Source of the DNA: Candidatus Limnocylindrales bacterium
GTDB lineage: Bacteria > Chloroflexota > Limnocylindria > Limnocylindrales > CSP1-4
DNA: 64,000 bases
Direction: 5' to 3'
Assembly (NCBI GenBank): GCA_035693125.1
Contig: DASSHB010000072.1
Coordinates: 37,922-101,921 of the forward strand
In this document: piece after piece, positions 26,246 through 35,691 of the stretch
How positions within the stretch are numbered: position 1 is the stretch's first letter
Layout: each line of letters starts with the position of its first letter
The notes under the pieces: generated by a model
Seen by the model: the letters and a program-made list of their open reading frames with translations, nothing else
The model's database searches: none
Told to the model about the DNA's origin: nothing
Translations under genes and position numbers: made by a program

Positions 26246-28423
26246 TCACTTCGCCTGGAGCTTGAACGACACCGAGGCCGCGCTCCCGACGTAACGGGCC
26301 GCGTCGGCGCCCGACGCAGTCCAGGTGGCCGTGAGCTGGTAGGTCCCGTTCTTCTGGTTGAGCTTCAGCGAGGCCGAGGCGATCCCGGATTCGCTCGTGG
26401 TCGCGGACACCGTCTGCGATCCGAGGACGAACACGACCTCCCGCCCGGCGAGGGCCGTGCCGGTCGCATCCTTCAGCACGGCGCTCAGGACGACGACCTT
26501 GTTCGGGCCACCGCGGGTCGTGCCCGTGTACGTCATGGCCGTTGCCTTGCGGGCGATCGCCACCGTGTTGGATCCGGTGTTGGCCTCGTACAGGCTGTCG
26601 CCCGCGAAGGCCGCACCCGCCGCGTAGGTGCCGGCATCCAGGAGCGGCGTCCAGGCCACCTGGGCCGTTCCGCTCGAGCTGGTCACCGACGATCCGGCCG
26701 CGCTGCCGTCGACGGTGAACGTCACGGTCCGGCCGCTGACGACCGAGCCGAACTCGTCGACGAGCGACGCCCGGCGGGCGCCGGCCGTGTCGTACGTCCC
26801 GGTCGTGTCCCCGAGCGCGCCGACGGTCACGGTCCGCTTCCGAATCTCGACCGTCCGGCCGTCGGAAGCGCACGCGTTCAGCCGGTCGCACACCGTCAGG
26901 GTCGCGGTGTAGCTGCCGGGGGTCGCGTACGAGTGGGTGACGGACGGACCGCCAGTGGCGCTCGGTGAGCCGTCACCGAACGACCACGAGTAGGTCAGGG
27001 TCGCCTGGTCGTCGCTGCCCGGATCCACGGCCGAGCCGTTGAAGGCAACCGGCCGTCCCCATGCGGCGGTCGTATCCGGTCCGGCCGAGACGACCGGGGC
27101 CAGGTTCGCCACGACGATCGAGAAGGTCGTCGACGAGGTGAGCCCCGTCGCGTCCGTCGCGGTCAGCAGCCCGGAGTAGGTGCCGCTGCCCTGGAACGTG
27201 TGCTGGGGGCTCCGGCCGAAGGCGACCCCGCCGTCGGAGAAGTCCCAGCGAAGCGTCGGGAACCCACAGACGCTCGAGCTGCCCCCGCCGTCGAAGGTGA
27301 TGGCCGAGCCCTGATCGCCCGAATAGGTGTGGAACAGGCCGCCGCCCGCGTTGGCGATCGGCGGGATGTTGTTCTTCTGGAGCGTCCCCAGGATCACGTT
27401 CGCCGCGTCAGGACCGGTCAGGCCGAAGGAGATGTCGGCGGCCGGGCTGTCCTTGTGGCCGAACTCACCGAGGTCGTAGACCGTGAAGTCGGGACCGACC
27501 GCGGGCGACGCCACGACGGTCGCTCCGACGCCCGTCCGGGCGGCGAGGCTCTGGGCCGGCCCATCGGCCGCGATGCCCGTGAGCCGGTAGTTGACCTCGT
27601 TGCCCGCGGGCTGGGTGCACGACAGCGGCACGGCGTCATCGATCGTGGACGGCGACGAGCCGCCCCACTCGAGGTCGGCGTTCTGGCTCCCCTGGCCGCC
27701 GGTCACGTCGATCTTGCGGACCGAGACGATCCCGTCGCTCGAGACCGAGGCGACGAGGGCGACGCCCACGTTGAACGCGACGTCCAGATCGGTCGGATCG
27801 ATGAACGGCACGGTGAAGAGGGTGAACGAATCGATGTCGACGGTCTGGGTTCCGGACGTGCAGGTCCGCGGGCTCTCACCCGGCAGCGGGACAGTGCACG
27901 AGAACGTCCAGGTGAGCTCCCTGGAGAAGTCCTTCGTCTGGTCCGTCGGCTGGAAGTCGCTGCCGCCCGTCGTGTCGGCGAAGAGGCCGTACGAGCCGGA
28001 GATCGCGCCCTTCGCCGTGATCGTCCCGCCGGTCGTGGTCAGCCTGTCGTGAAGCGTGAGCGTTTGGCCCTGTCGGAGCAGGGTGTCGTCGTAGGCGACG
28101 TCGACCGAGCCCGTGCTCGACCAGTCGAGCCGGTCCACGACGGTGTGGACGGTCGCACCGAACGCGAACGCCCAGGAGCCGTGGCCCGTCACGAGCTGGG
28201 CCATGTCGTCGGGGACGCACGGGTCGCACGTGGCGGTCGTGTCGTAGGCCACGCCGACGTCCGTCCCTCCGGCGAGCGACACCCCCGTGGTCTTCGTCTG
28301 GGTGGCCGCGGCGACCGGCGTCGCGGCGTAGGCGAGGTTGGCGAGCAGGGTCACGATCAGCAGGGCGGCGGCGCGTCCCCGCGGTCGCCGGCTCCGATCG
28401 GTCCATCCAATCCATCGATTCAT
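26246..28423 (-). CDS. secreted PKD-domain / Ig-like repeat protein with unassigned N-terminal region
   Basis: 725 aa with signal/anchor AAALLIVTLLANLAYA. Two PKD signatures (WDFSDGG..HTF...G.Y...LTATD and WSFGDGS...HSY..PGSYTATLTV) are followed by Ig-like repeats. GAAGGGGAAG RBS. Confidence 0.8.
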   Translation of the reverse strand: MNRWIGWTDRSRRPRGRAAALLIVTLLANLAYAATPVAAATQTKTTGVSLAGGTDVGVAYDTTATCDPCVPDDMAQLVTGHGSWAFAFGATVHTVVDRLDWSSTGSVDVAYDDTLLRQGQTLTLHDRLTTTGGTITAKGAISGSYGLFADTTGGSDFQPTDQTKDFSRELTWTFSCTVPLPGESPRTCTSGTQTVDIDSFTLFTVPFIDPTDLDVAFNVGVALVASVSSDGIVSVRKIDVTGGQGSQNADLEWGGSSPSTIDDAVPLSCTQPAGNEVNYRLTGIAADGPAQSLAARTGVGATVVASPAVGPDFTVYDLGEFGHKDSPAADISFGLTGPDAANVILGTLQKNNIPPIANAGGGLFHTYSGDQGSAITFDGGGSSSVCGFPTLRWDFSDGGVAFGRSPQHTFQGSGTYSGLLTATDATGLTSSTTFSIVVANLAPVVSAGPDTTAAWGRPVAFNGSAVDPGSDDQATLTYSWSFGDGSPSATGGPSVTHSYATPGSYTATLTVCDRLNACASDGRTVEIRKRTVTVGALGDTTGTYDTAGARRASLVDEFGSVVSGRTVTFTVDGSAAGSSVTSSSGTAQVAWTPLLDAGTYAAGAAFAGDSLYEANTGSNTVAIARKATAMTYTGTTRGGPNKVVVLSAVLKDATGTALAGREVVFVLGSQTVSATTSESGIASASLKLNQKNGTYQLTATWTASGADAARYVGSAASVSFKLQAK

Positions 28424-28468
28424 GACTTCCCCTTCGTCGTCCTTTCTCTCGGCAATCGGGTTGAACGG

Positions 28469-28954
28469 TCAGTGACGGTCGCCCACCTCCTGCCCCTGCA
28501 CGGCGGCCGCTCCCGAGGCGACCTGTGGAGCCCCGTCCGGGGTGAACATCTCGAGGGCCCACTGCCAGGCTCCGGCGGCGTTGCGCTCGTGGACGAGGAG
28601 ATAGCTGCCGCGGTCCACGACCGAGCCGCCACCGGCCGGCCGGAGCCGGATCGCGTAGCGACCGATCTCGAACGCGATGGCGCCATGGCCTTCGAGCCGG
28701 ACCGGGACGCGCTCGACGGCGCGGATCCCCGCGTCCAGGCCGGCCCGCCAGAACGACTCGATGCCCGTCCGGCCCTCGATCAGGTCCGCCGACGGCGCAA
28801 CCAAGCGGGCGTCGTCCGCGTAGCCGGACGTCGCCGTCGCCGCGTCCTGGCGGCGCAACCCCGCGACGAACCGCCGGTGCGCCGCGCGCGCGGTGCGATC
28901 GAACCCGTGGGCATCCCCGTCGGCAGCCATCGCCGGTGACGATCCACGGGCCAC
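28469..28954 (-). CDS. SnoaL-like / DUF4440 (NTF2 superfamily) protein
   Basis: 161 aa: FVAGLRRQDAATATSGYADDARLV...GSYLLVHERNAAGAWQWALEMF. The start is ambiguous (GTG 28954 or ATG 28930). Confidence 0.7.
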   Translation of the reverse strand: MARGSSPAMAADGDAHGFDRTARAAHRRFVAGLRRQDAATATSGYADDARLVAPSADLIEGRTGIESFWRAGLDAGIRAVERVPVRLEGHGAIAFEIGRYAIRLRPAGGGSVVDRGSYLLVHERNAAGAWQWALEMFTPDGAPQVASGAAAVQGQEVGDRH

Positions 28955-28981
28955 GTTGCAAACCCGCGGCAGGATGTTGCA
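28955..28981. repeat. direct repeat GTTGCA ... GTTGCA, 21 nt start to start
   Basis: cacGTTGCAaacccgcggcaggatGTTGCAggg lies between the SARP stop (29010) and the next gene start. Confidence 0.3.
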
Positions 28982-29009
28982 GGGCGGCGCGCGGACCGCC
29001 GGGAGCCCG

Positions 29010-31871
29010 TCAGCCGGTCGCGGCCTCGGTCCGGCGAGCGAGGTCGAGGGCCTCCCCGATCGCTGCGTCGAGCGACCAGGCGGCGCCTCGGGCGCGCTCG
29101 ATGGCGAAGGTCTCCGCGCCGGTCAGGACGATCGCGCGCGCGGCCGTGTCGTCGTGCAGGAGCCGCTCGAACGGCTTGAACGCGGCCCCGATCGCCTCGA
29201 GCAGCGCGCCCCCGGCTCCGAGGAGCGCCGCGGCGGCCGCTCCGTCCTCCTGCCACGCCGCCACGCCCGCGAGCCCGAGGAGGCACCACGCGAGATCTTC
29301 CTTGTCGCCGGTCTCACGGCCGAGCTCGACGCTCTCGCGGAAGCGTCCGGCCGCCGCGCCGGTCGCGCCGAGCATCAGCTCCACCGAGCCGAGGTTGAAC
29401 AGGCTCCGGGCGATGTTCGCGCTGTCACCGCGCTGGCGGAGCAGGGCCAGGCTCTCCTCGAACAACGGCTGCGCCCGGCCGTAGTCGCCCTCGGTCAGGG
29501 CCAGGTCGCCCAGGTTGTTGATCGCGAGGGCCGCGATGCGCGTGTCGTCGATCGAGCGGGCCAGCGCGACCGCCTGCTGGAGCAGGGTCCTGGCCCGGGG
29601 GCGGTCGCCGGCGGCCAGGGTGATCGCGCCGAGATTGCTCAGGCCGTTCGCGATCAGCCGCTGATCGCCGGACTCGGTGGCCGCCGCCAGGCTGCGCTCC
29701 GCGAAGCCGACGCCGGCCGGGTAGTCGCCCTGGAGCAGGGCCACGGCACTGGCCGCCGTCAATGCCCGGCGACGGAGCAGGGGAGGCGCATCGGCCACCC
29801 CGCCGATCGAGCGCTCCAGCCAGCGCCGGCTCTCCGCCAGGTAGCCGCGGACGTACCAGAACCGCGACAGGGACGTGGCCAGCCGGAGCCGCCGCTCGGC
29901 GTCGCCGGCCGCGTCGAGCTGGGCCAGCGTCACCCGCAGGTTGTCGTGCTCGATCTCGAGGTCGGCGAGGGCCTCGGCCTGGCGGTCGCCGGTCAGCTCC
30001 GATTCGGCCTCCTCGGCGAGACGGACGAACCAGGCGGCATGCGCCTCGTGGAGGACCTTCGCTTCGCCCGACTCCGCGAGCCGCCCCGCGGCGTACTGGC
30101 GGACCGTCTCGAGCATCCGGTAGCGCATGGCGCCCGCCCGCTCCTCGGCGATCACGAGGGAGGCCTCGACGAGCCGCTCGAGCCGGTCGGTCGCGTCGCC
30201 GTCCCCGGCACAGACCGCCGCGGCAGCCTCCAGGGTGAACCCACCGGCGAACACGGACAGCCCGCGGAGGAGCGCGCGCTCGCGCTCGTCGAGCAGGTCG
30301 TAGCTCCAGTCCATCGCCTCCTTCAGCGTCCGGTGGCGGTCGGGCGCGAGGCGCCGCCACGAGACGAGGAAGCGGAACCGGTCGCCGAGCCGATCGGCGA
30401 TCTGAGCGATCGACAGGGCCTTGACCCGCGCCGCCGCCAGCTCGATCGCCAGGGGAAGCCCGTCCAGGTCGCGCGCGATCGTCGCGACGGCCTCGAGCGT
30501 CGCCGGATCGGCGGTGATCCCGGGACGCGCGTCGTTGGCCCGGGCCAGGAAGAGGCGGACGGCGTCGCTGTCCCCGATCGACTCGGGGTCGTCGTGGGCG
30601 GCCGGCGTGCCGAGCGGCTGGACGGCCAGGTCCACCTCGCCGCCCACGCCCAACGGCTCGCGACTCGTCGCGAGGATCCGGAGGAGCGGCGCGGCGCTCA
30701 ACAACCGCTGGGCCAGATCCGCGCAGGCGGCCCGGAGGTGCTCGCAGTTGTCGAGCACGAGGAGCGCATCGACCGGCCGCAACCGGGCCGCCAGGCGATC
30801 CACCACGGACTCGTCCGACTGCTCGACCACGCCCAGCGCTCCGGCGACCGCGCGCGCCACCAGGTCCGGCTCGGCGAGCGCCGAGAGATCGATGAACCAT
30901 GGCCCATCGGTCCACGCGGTGGCCGTCCGCCGCGAGGCCTCCAGCGCGAGGCGGGTCTTGCCGACCCCGCCGATCCCCGTCAGCGTCACGAGCCGCGCCT
31001 CGACCAGGTGCCGCTCGATCGCGCCGAGCTCGGCCTCGCGGCCCACGAAGATCGTCGTCGGGTGAGGCAGGTTCTCGCGCTCGACCGGCGCTGGCGCGGC
31101 CGGCACCTCCTGGCGAACGATCGCCGCCTCCAGCGCCCGGAGCTCCTCGCCCGGCTCGAGCCCCAGGTCGTCGCGCAGTCGCTTCCACGCGCGCTGGTAG
31201 GCGGCCAGCGCGTCGGCCTGGCGGCCCGCCCGATAGAGCGCCAGCATCAGGAGACGCCACAGGCGCTCCCGGTACGGATGGTCCACGAGCAGGCCCTCGA
31301 GCTCGTCAACGAGCCCGGCGGTCTCGCCCAGCGCGAGGGCCGCCTCGGTCCGGTCCTCCTGGACGGAGAGCCGGAGCGCCTCGAGCCGCTCCGCCGCGAA
31401 GCGCAGCTCGCCGTCATCGGCCAGGCCGGCGAGTGCCGGACCCGTCCACTGGTCGAGGGCCGCTCGGAGCTGCTCGGCCGCGCCGCGCGTCTCCTCGCGG
31501 TGGAGGGCCGCCCGGCCGCGCTCGGCCAGCTGCTCGAAGCGGGTGGCGTCGACGGTGTCCGGAGGGACCTCGAGGGCATAGCCAGCCGCCCGACCAACGA
31601 TCGCGGCTTCCGGCCCCAGGATCCCGCGCAACCGCGAGACGTACGAGCGGATCGTCGCCGCGGCACCGTCCGGCGGCTCACCCGCCCAGAGCTCCTCGAT
31701 CAGCCGATCAGCGCTCACGGCGCGACCGCCGGCAAGCACGAGATGGGCCAGGAGCGCCTGCTGGCGGCGGCCACCCAGGTTCACCGCCCGTCCGTCGCGA
31801 CGGGCTCCCACCTCACCCAGGAGGCGGATCTCCAGACTGGTTCCCGGGCCGGGAGCCTCGCGCGCATTCAC
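29010..31871 (-). CDS. AfsR/SARP family regulator (winged-helix + BTAD + NB-ARC ATPase + TPR)
   Basis: 953 aa: LLGEVGARRDGRAVNLGGRRQQALLAHLVL, BTAD segment YRERLWRLLMLALYRAGRQADALAAYQ, P-loop LTGIGGVGKTRLA, then many TPR-like repeats. Confidence 0.9.
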   Translation of the reverse strand: MNAREAPGPGTSLEIRLLGEVGARRDGRAVNLGGRRQQALLAHLVLAGGRAVSADRLIEELWAGEPPDGAAATIRSYVSRLRGILGPEAAIVGRAAGYALEVPPDTVDATRFEQLAERGRAALHREETRGAAEQLRAALDQWTGPALAGLADDGELRFAAERLEALRLSVQEDRTEAALALGETAGLVDELEGLLVDHPYRERLWRLLMLALYRAGRQADALAAYQRAWKRLRDDLGLEPGEELRALEAAIVRQEVPAAPAPVERENLPHPTTIFVGREAELGAIERHLVEARLVTLTGIGGVGKTRLALEASRRTATAWTDGPWFIDLSALAEPDLVARAVAGALGVVEQSDESVVDRLAARLRPVDALLVLDNCEHLRAACADLAQRLLSAAPLLRILATSREPLGVGGEVDLAVQPLGTPAAHDDPESIGDSDAVRLFLARANDARPGITADPATLEAVATIARDLDGLPLAIELAAARVKALSIAQIADRLGDRFRFLVSWRRLAPDRHRTLKEAMDWSYDLLDERERALLRGLSVFAGGFTLEAAAAVCAGDGDATDRLERLVEASLVIAEERAGAMRYRMLETVRQYAAGRLAESGEAKVLHEAHAAWFVRLAEEAESELTGDRQAEALADLEIEHDNLRVTLAQLDAAGDAERRLRLATSLSRFWYVRGYLAESRRWLERSIGGVADAPPLLRRRALTAASAVALLQGDYPAGVGFAERSLAAATESGDQRLIANGLSNLGAITLAAGDRPRARTLLQQAVALARSIDDTRIAALAINNLGDLALTEGDYGRAQPLFEESLALLRQRGDSANIARSLFNLGSVELMLGATGAAAGRFRESVELGRETGDKEDLAWCLLGLAGVAAWQEDGAAAAALLGAGGALLEAIGAAFKPFERLLHDDTAARAIVLTGAETFAIERARGAAWSLDAAIGEALDLARRTEAATG

Positions 31872-31884
31872 GCTGCGAACCTTC

Positions 31885-32214
31885 TCAGACGGAGGTGCGT
31901 GCGTCCATGGACGGGCGATCGCCGACCGCGCCGCGCTGTCTCCGGAGGTGGCTCGAACCTGCGGCCGTCACCGCCACGATCGCCGGACGACCTGGCTCGC
32001 GGCGGCGCTGGATCAACCCGAGATCGCTGGCGTCCTCCCAGACCGGTAGCCGCGGGCACGATGTCCGCCAGGCCTCCATCGTCTCGAGGTAGGGCCGCTC
32101 GCCCGGCCCGATCCACTCGAGCAGGTCCAGGATCAGGTCGTCGACGGTCGGGGGCACGGCTCCAGTGTCGCGGATCGTGGGGCGGGCGCACCACGGACGA
32201 ATGTCCGGAATCAC
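31885..32214 (-). CDS. small conserved hypothetical protein
   Basis: 109 aa. The core DLILDLLEWIGPGERPYLETMEAWRTSCPRLPVWEDA looks like a widespread uncharacterised family. It ends 13 nt before the SARP start. GTG 32157 is an alternative start. Confidence 0.5.
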   Translation of the reverse strand: MIPDIRPWCARPTIRDTGAVPPTVDDLILDLLEWIGPGERPYLETMEAWRTSCPRLPVWEDASDLGLIQRRREPGRPAIVAVTAAGSSHLRRQRGAVGDRPSMDARTSV

Positions 32215-32242
32215 GCCGCCTGGCAGTCCCTAGAATCCGGCG

Positions 32243-34339
32243 ATGGCCGCCCCCAGCCGCCCGCCGCTCCGTGGCCCCGAGCCGCCGACCACCGACCAGG
32301 TCGACGACTACCACGGCACGCTCGTCGCCGATCCGTACCGTCCGCTCGAGGATGCCGACGCGCCGGCGACGCGGGCGTGGATCCGGTCCCAGAACGAGCT
32401 GACCGAGGCCGTGCTGTCCGGCCATCCGGGCCGTTCGGCGCTCCAGGCCCGACTCGCGGAGCTCTGGAACCATCCCCGGGCGGGCGCGCCCTGGCGCCGC
32501 GGTCGCTGGTGGTTCCAGCTCCGGAACAGCGGCCTGCAGGACCAGGACGTGCTGTGGGCGACGGAGGACCTCGAGGCCGCGGGCCACGTCGTCTTCGATC
32601 CGAACGAGCTGAGCCGGGAGGGGACCACGGCCCTCGCCTCGATCGCGGTGAGCGAGAGCGGTGAGCTGGTCGCGATCGCCCTGAGCCACGCGGGTTCGGA
32701 TTGGCGGCGCTGGCGGGTGCGGCGGACCGCGACCGGCGAGGAGCTGCCCGACCGCGTCGACTGGAGCAAGTTCTCGTCCGCGGCCTGGACCCACGACGAC
32801 GCGGGCTTCTTCTACGGCTGCTACCCGGAGCCGCCGGCGGACGCCGCGTACGACGCCCCGAACCTCGACATGGAGATCCGCTACCACCGGATCGGCACCG
32901 AGGGGGCCACGGACCAGCTCGTCTTCGCGACTCCCGAGCAGCCCGACTGGGACTTCGAGCCGGCGGTCTCCGACGACGGTCGGCTGCTCATCCTCTCGAT
33001 CGCGCGGGGGACCGATCCGGAACGCCGGATCTACGTGGCCGACCTGACGAGCGGCGTCGAGCGCGCCGTCGCCCAGCCACTCCTGGACGCGGCCGACGCT
33101 CGCTACGAGCTGATCGCCGCGGTGGACGGGACGATCTTCCTGGTCACGGACCGCGACGCACCGCTCGGCCGGATCGTGGCGATCGACGTCGACGACCCGA
33201 CGGTGATCCGCGAGATCGTCCCGGAGGCGAACGAGGCCCTCGAGACGGCCCAGGTCGTGGGCGGCCGGATCGCGGTTGCCTACCTCCACGACGCCCACAG
33301 CCGGCTCGCCCTCTTCGAGCTGGACGGTCGCCACGTCGTGGACGTCCCGCTGCCGGGCATCGGCTCGATCGGCGAGATGAGCGGCCGCCGGACCGACGAC
33401 CAGCTGTACCTGACGTTCACGACCTTTGCCGCCCCGTCGACCGTGGTTGCGGTGCGGATGGCCGATGGCCACGTCCGCGCGGCCGCGCGGCCGCCGCTCC
33501 CCTGGGATCCCGACGACTATCTCACCGAGCAGGTCTTCGCGAGCTCCGCCGACGGAACGCGGGTCCCGCTCTTCCTGAGCCGGCGACGCGACACGGCGGC
33601 CAGCGGCGACGTGGCGACGCTCCTCCACGGCTACGGCGGCTTCGCCATCCCGCAGGTCCCGATCTTCAAGCCCGAGTGGCTGGCCTGGATGGAGCGGGGT
33701 GGGCTGCTGGCGCTCGCCTCGCTGCGTGGGGGAGGGGAGTACGGCTCGGCCTGGCACGATGCCGGCCGGCTCGCGAACAAGCAGAACGTCTTCGATGACT
33801 TCGCGGCCTGCCTGCGCTGGCTGGCGGCGTCCGATTGGACCGGCCCGGAGCGGATCGCGATCAGCGGCCGCTCCAACGGCGGGCTGCTCGTCGGAGCCAC
33901 GATCACCCAGCACCCGGAGCTCTATGGCGCAGCGCTGGCCGAGGTCGGCGTGATGGACATGCTCCGGTTCCATCGGTTCACGATCGGCTGGGGCTGGACC
34001 AGTGACTTCGGCTCGCCCGACGATCCGGACGACTTCCGGACGATCCGCGCCTACTCGCCGCTCCACAACATCCGGCCCGGCGTCGCCTACCCGCCGACGC
34101 TCGTGACGACCGGCGATCACGACGATCGCGTCGTGCCCGGCCATTCGTTCAAATTCGCGGCCGCGCTCCAGGCCGCTCAGGCCGGGGACGCGCCGATCGT
34201 GATCCGGGTCGACACGGATGCCGGGCACGGCGCCGGCAAGCCCGTCCACAAGCTGATCGCCGAGCGAGCCGACGTCGTCGCCTTCCTGGAGCTCGCCCTG
34301 GCGGGCCACGGCGGGCGGTCTTCCGCGAATGGCCGATAG
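32243..34339 (+). CDS. prolyl oligopeptidase (S9A family serine peptidase)
   Basis: 698 aa: N-terminal VDDYHGTLVADPYRPLED, beta-propeller region, nucleophile GRSNGGLLVG, and DHDDRV and GHG near the C-terminus. Confidence 0.9.
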   Translation: MAAPSRPPLRGPEPPTTDQVDDYHGTLVADPYRPLEDADAPATRAWIRSQNELTEAVLSGHPGRSALQARLAELWNHPRAGAPWRRGRWWFQLRNSGLQDQDVLWATEDLEAAGHVVFDPNELSREGTTALASIAVSESGELVAIALSHAGSDWRRWRVRRTATGEELPDRVDWSKFSSAAWTHDDAGFFYGCYPEPPADAAYDAPNLDMEIRYHRIGTEGATDQLVFATPEQPDWDFEPAVSDDGRLLILSIARGTDPERRIYVADLTSGVERAVAQPLLDAADARYELIAAVDGTIFLVTDRDAPLGRIVAIDVDDPTVIREIVPEANEALETAQVVGGRIAVAYLHDAHSRLALFELDGRHVVDVPLPGIGSIGEMSGRRTDDQLYLTFTTFAAPSTVVAVRMADGHVRAAARPPLPWDPDDYLTEQVFASSADGTRVPLFLSRRRDTAASGDVATLLHGYGGFAIPQVPIFKPEWLAWMERGGLLALASLRGGGEYGSAWHDAGRLANKQNVFDDFAACLRWLAASDWTGPERIAISGRSNGGLLVGATITQHPELYGAALAEVGVMDMLRFHRFTIGWGWTSDFGSPDDPDDFRTIRAYSPLHNIRPGVAYPPTLVTTGDHDDRVVPGHSFKFAAALQAAQAGDAPIVIRVDTDAGHGAGKPVHKLIAERADVVAFLELALAGHGGRSSANGR

Positions 34340-34389
34340 ACTCGGGGTCAGGGACGACCCAGGATCAGGACCAGTGAGGTGCCGCCCAG

Positions 34390-34638
34390 ATGCTCTTCCA
34401 CATCAAGCAGACCCACGCGCCCAAGGACTGCCCGTACGGCAAGGGTGGCTCGCCCTCGCTTGTCGACAAGGCCGCCGAGGGCGTGAAGCTCCATGGCTTC
34501 TGGCTGGCGTTCCCCCAGCACGCTGTGTACTACGTCGTGGAGACGGACGACGTCGCCGGGCTCCAGCGGTTCCTGAAGCCCGGCACGGACCGGACGACCG
34601 CCGAGATCACGCCCGTGAGCGACCGCGCCGCCGACTGA
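34390..34638 (+). CDS. small hypothetical protein
   Basis: 82 aa: MLFHIKQTHAPKDCPYGKGG... G/C-rich third positions. Family not recognised. Confidence 0.5.
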   Translation: MLFHIKQTHAPKDCPYGKGGSPSLVDKAAEGVKLHGFWLAFPQHAVYYVVETDDVAGLQRFLKPGTDRTTAEITPVSDRAAD

Positions 34639-34649
34639 CGAGCGGCGGT

Positions 34650-35093
34650 TCAGGCCCTAGCGTTCCCGTTCCCGTTCCCGTCGGCGGCCCACTTCGCCTG
34701 GGTCAGGCTGAACCAGTTGCCTGAGTCGTCGCGGAAGAGCGCCTCCACGCCGTACGGGCGATCCGCTGGCTCCTGGAGGAACGTCACGCCCTTGGCCGAC
34801 AGCTCCTCGTACGTCTTCCGACAGTCGTCGGTCTGGAACACCCCGCCGCCGAGCGAGCCCTTGGCAACGAGCGCGCGGACGGTCTCGGCGTCCTCCGGGC
34901 TGAACATCGGCGGTGCCGGGTAGGCGAGCAGGATCGCCAGGTCGGGCTGGTCCCTCGGCCCGACCGTGAGCCAGCGGAAGCCGTCGAGGACGGCGTCGTT
35001 GCGGACCTCGAACCCGAGCTTCTCGGTGTAGAACGCCTTGGCCCGGTCCTGGTCGAGGACGAACACGTTCGTGTGGTTCAGCTTCTGGATCAT
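34650..35093 (-). CDS. VOC/glyoxalase family protein
   Basis: 147 aa: LNHTNVFVLDQDRAKAFYTEKLGF...FRDDSGNWFSL. Confidence 0.85.
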   Translation of the reverse strand: MIQKLNHTNVFVLDQDRAKAFYTEKLGFEVRNDAVLDGFRWLTVGPRDQPDLAILLAYPAPPMFSPEDAETVRALVAKGSLGGGVFQTDDCRKTYEELSAKGVTFLQEPADRPYGVEALFRDDSGNWFSLTQAKWAADGNGNGNARA

Positions 35094-35572
35094 CGGATCT
35101 CCTTTCGCACTGCCTCGGTCAGGCTAGGGTCCGCGGCGCTCGTCGCGCTTCTCCGCGCTTGCGGAATGTCACCGTGCGGCCGGGTCCACATCAGGACGAC
35201 GCAGCCGGGCACCGGAGGGATGCCGCCACTCCGGACCGCCGCGCTGCGATAGGCGCTGGGCGTCTGGCCCACCAGGCGCCGGAACCGGCTGCTGAACGAG
35301 CCGAGGCTGCCGAAGCCCACGAGCAGGCAGATCTCGGTGACGGACAGATTGGCCGTCCGGAGGAGCGTCTTCGCGCGCTCGATCCGGCGCCGGGTGAGAT
35401 AGGTCCGGGGCGGCTCGCCGTACGCCTCGGCGAAGGCACGGGCGAAGTGGAACCGCGAGTAGCCGGCTTCGCGGGCCATCGCGTCGAGATCGAGCGGCTC
35501 ACCGAAGTCGCGGTCGATCAGGTCGCGCGCGCGACGCAGGGCCGGCAACAGGAACAACGTCTGGTCGGTCAT
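35090..35572 (-). CDS. AraC family transcriptional regulator (HTH-only type)
   Basis: 160 aa: GYSRFHFARAFAEAYGEPPRTYLTRRRIERAKTLL...VTEICLLVGFGSLGSFSSRFRRLVGQTPSAY. A 4-nt overlap couples it to the VOC gene. Confidence 0.8.
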   Translation of the reverse strand: MTDQTLFLLPALRRARDLIDRDFGEPLDLDAMAREAGYSRFHFARAFAEAYGEPPRTYLTRRRIERAKTLLRTANLSVTEICLLVGFGSLGSFSSRFRRLVGQTPSAYRSAAVRSGGIPPVPGCVVLMWTRPHGDIPQARRSATSAADPSLTEAVRKEIR

Positions 35573-35691
35573 CGAGCCGGGCCAGACGGCACCCGTCCGT
35601 GCCGGCGGCGCCGCGGCGCGCGGGGACCCGAACCGGGCGATGGGACCGCCCGCCAGCCCTGGTCACGCATCGGGAACCTCCGGGGCGGGGC

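Noticed and set aside
28893-32402. 1169-aa plus-strand ORF
   Set aside because: It is antisense to the SARP regulator gene, which has clear wHTH, BTAD, P-loop and TPR motifs. The ORF translation is R/G/P/E-rich with no recognisable domain.
31868-34309. 813-aa minus-strand ORF
   Set aside because: It is antisense to the prolyl oligopeptidase gene, which has unmistakable S9A motifs.
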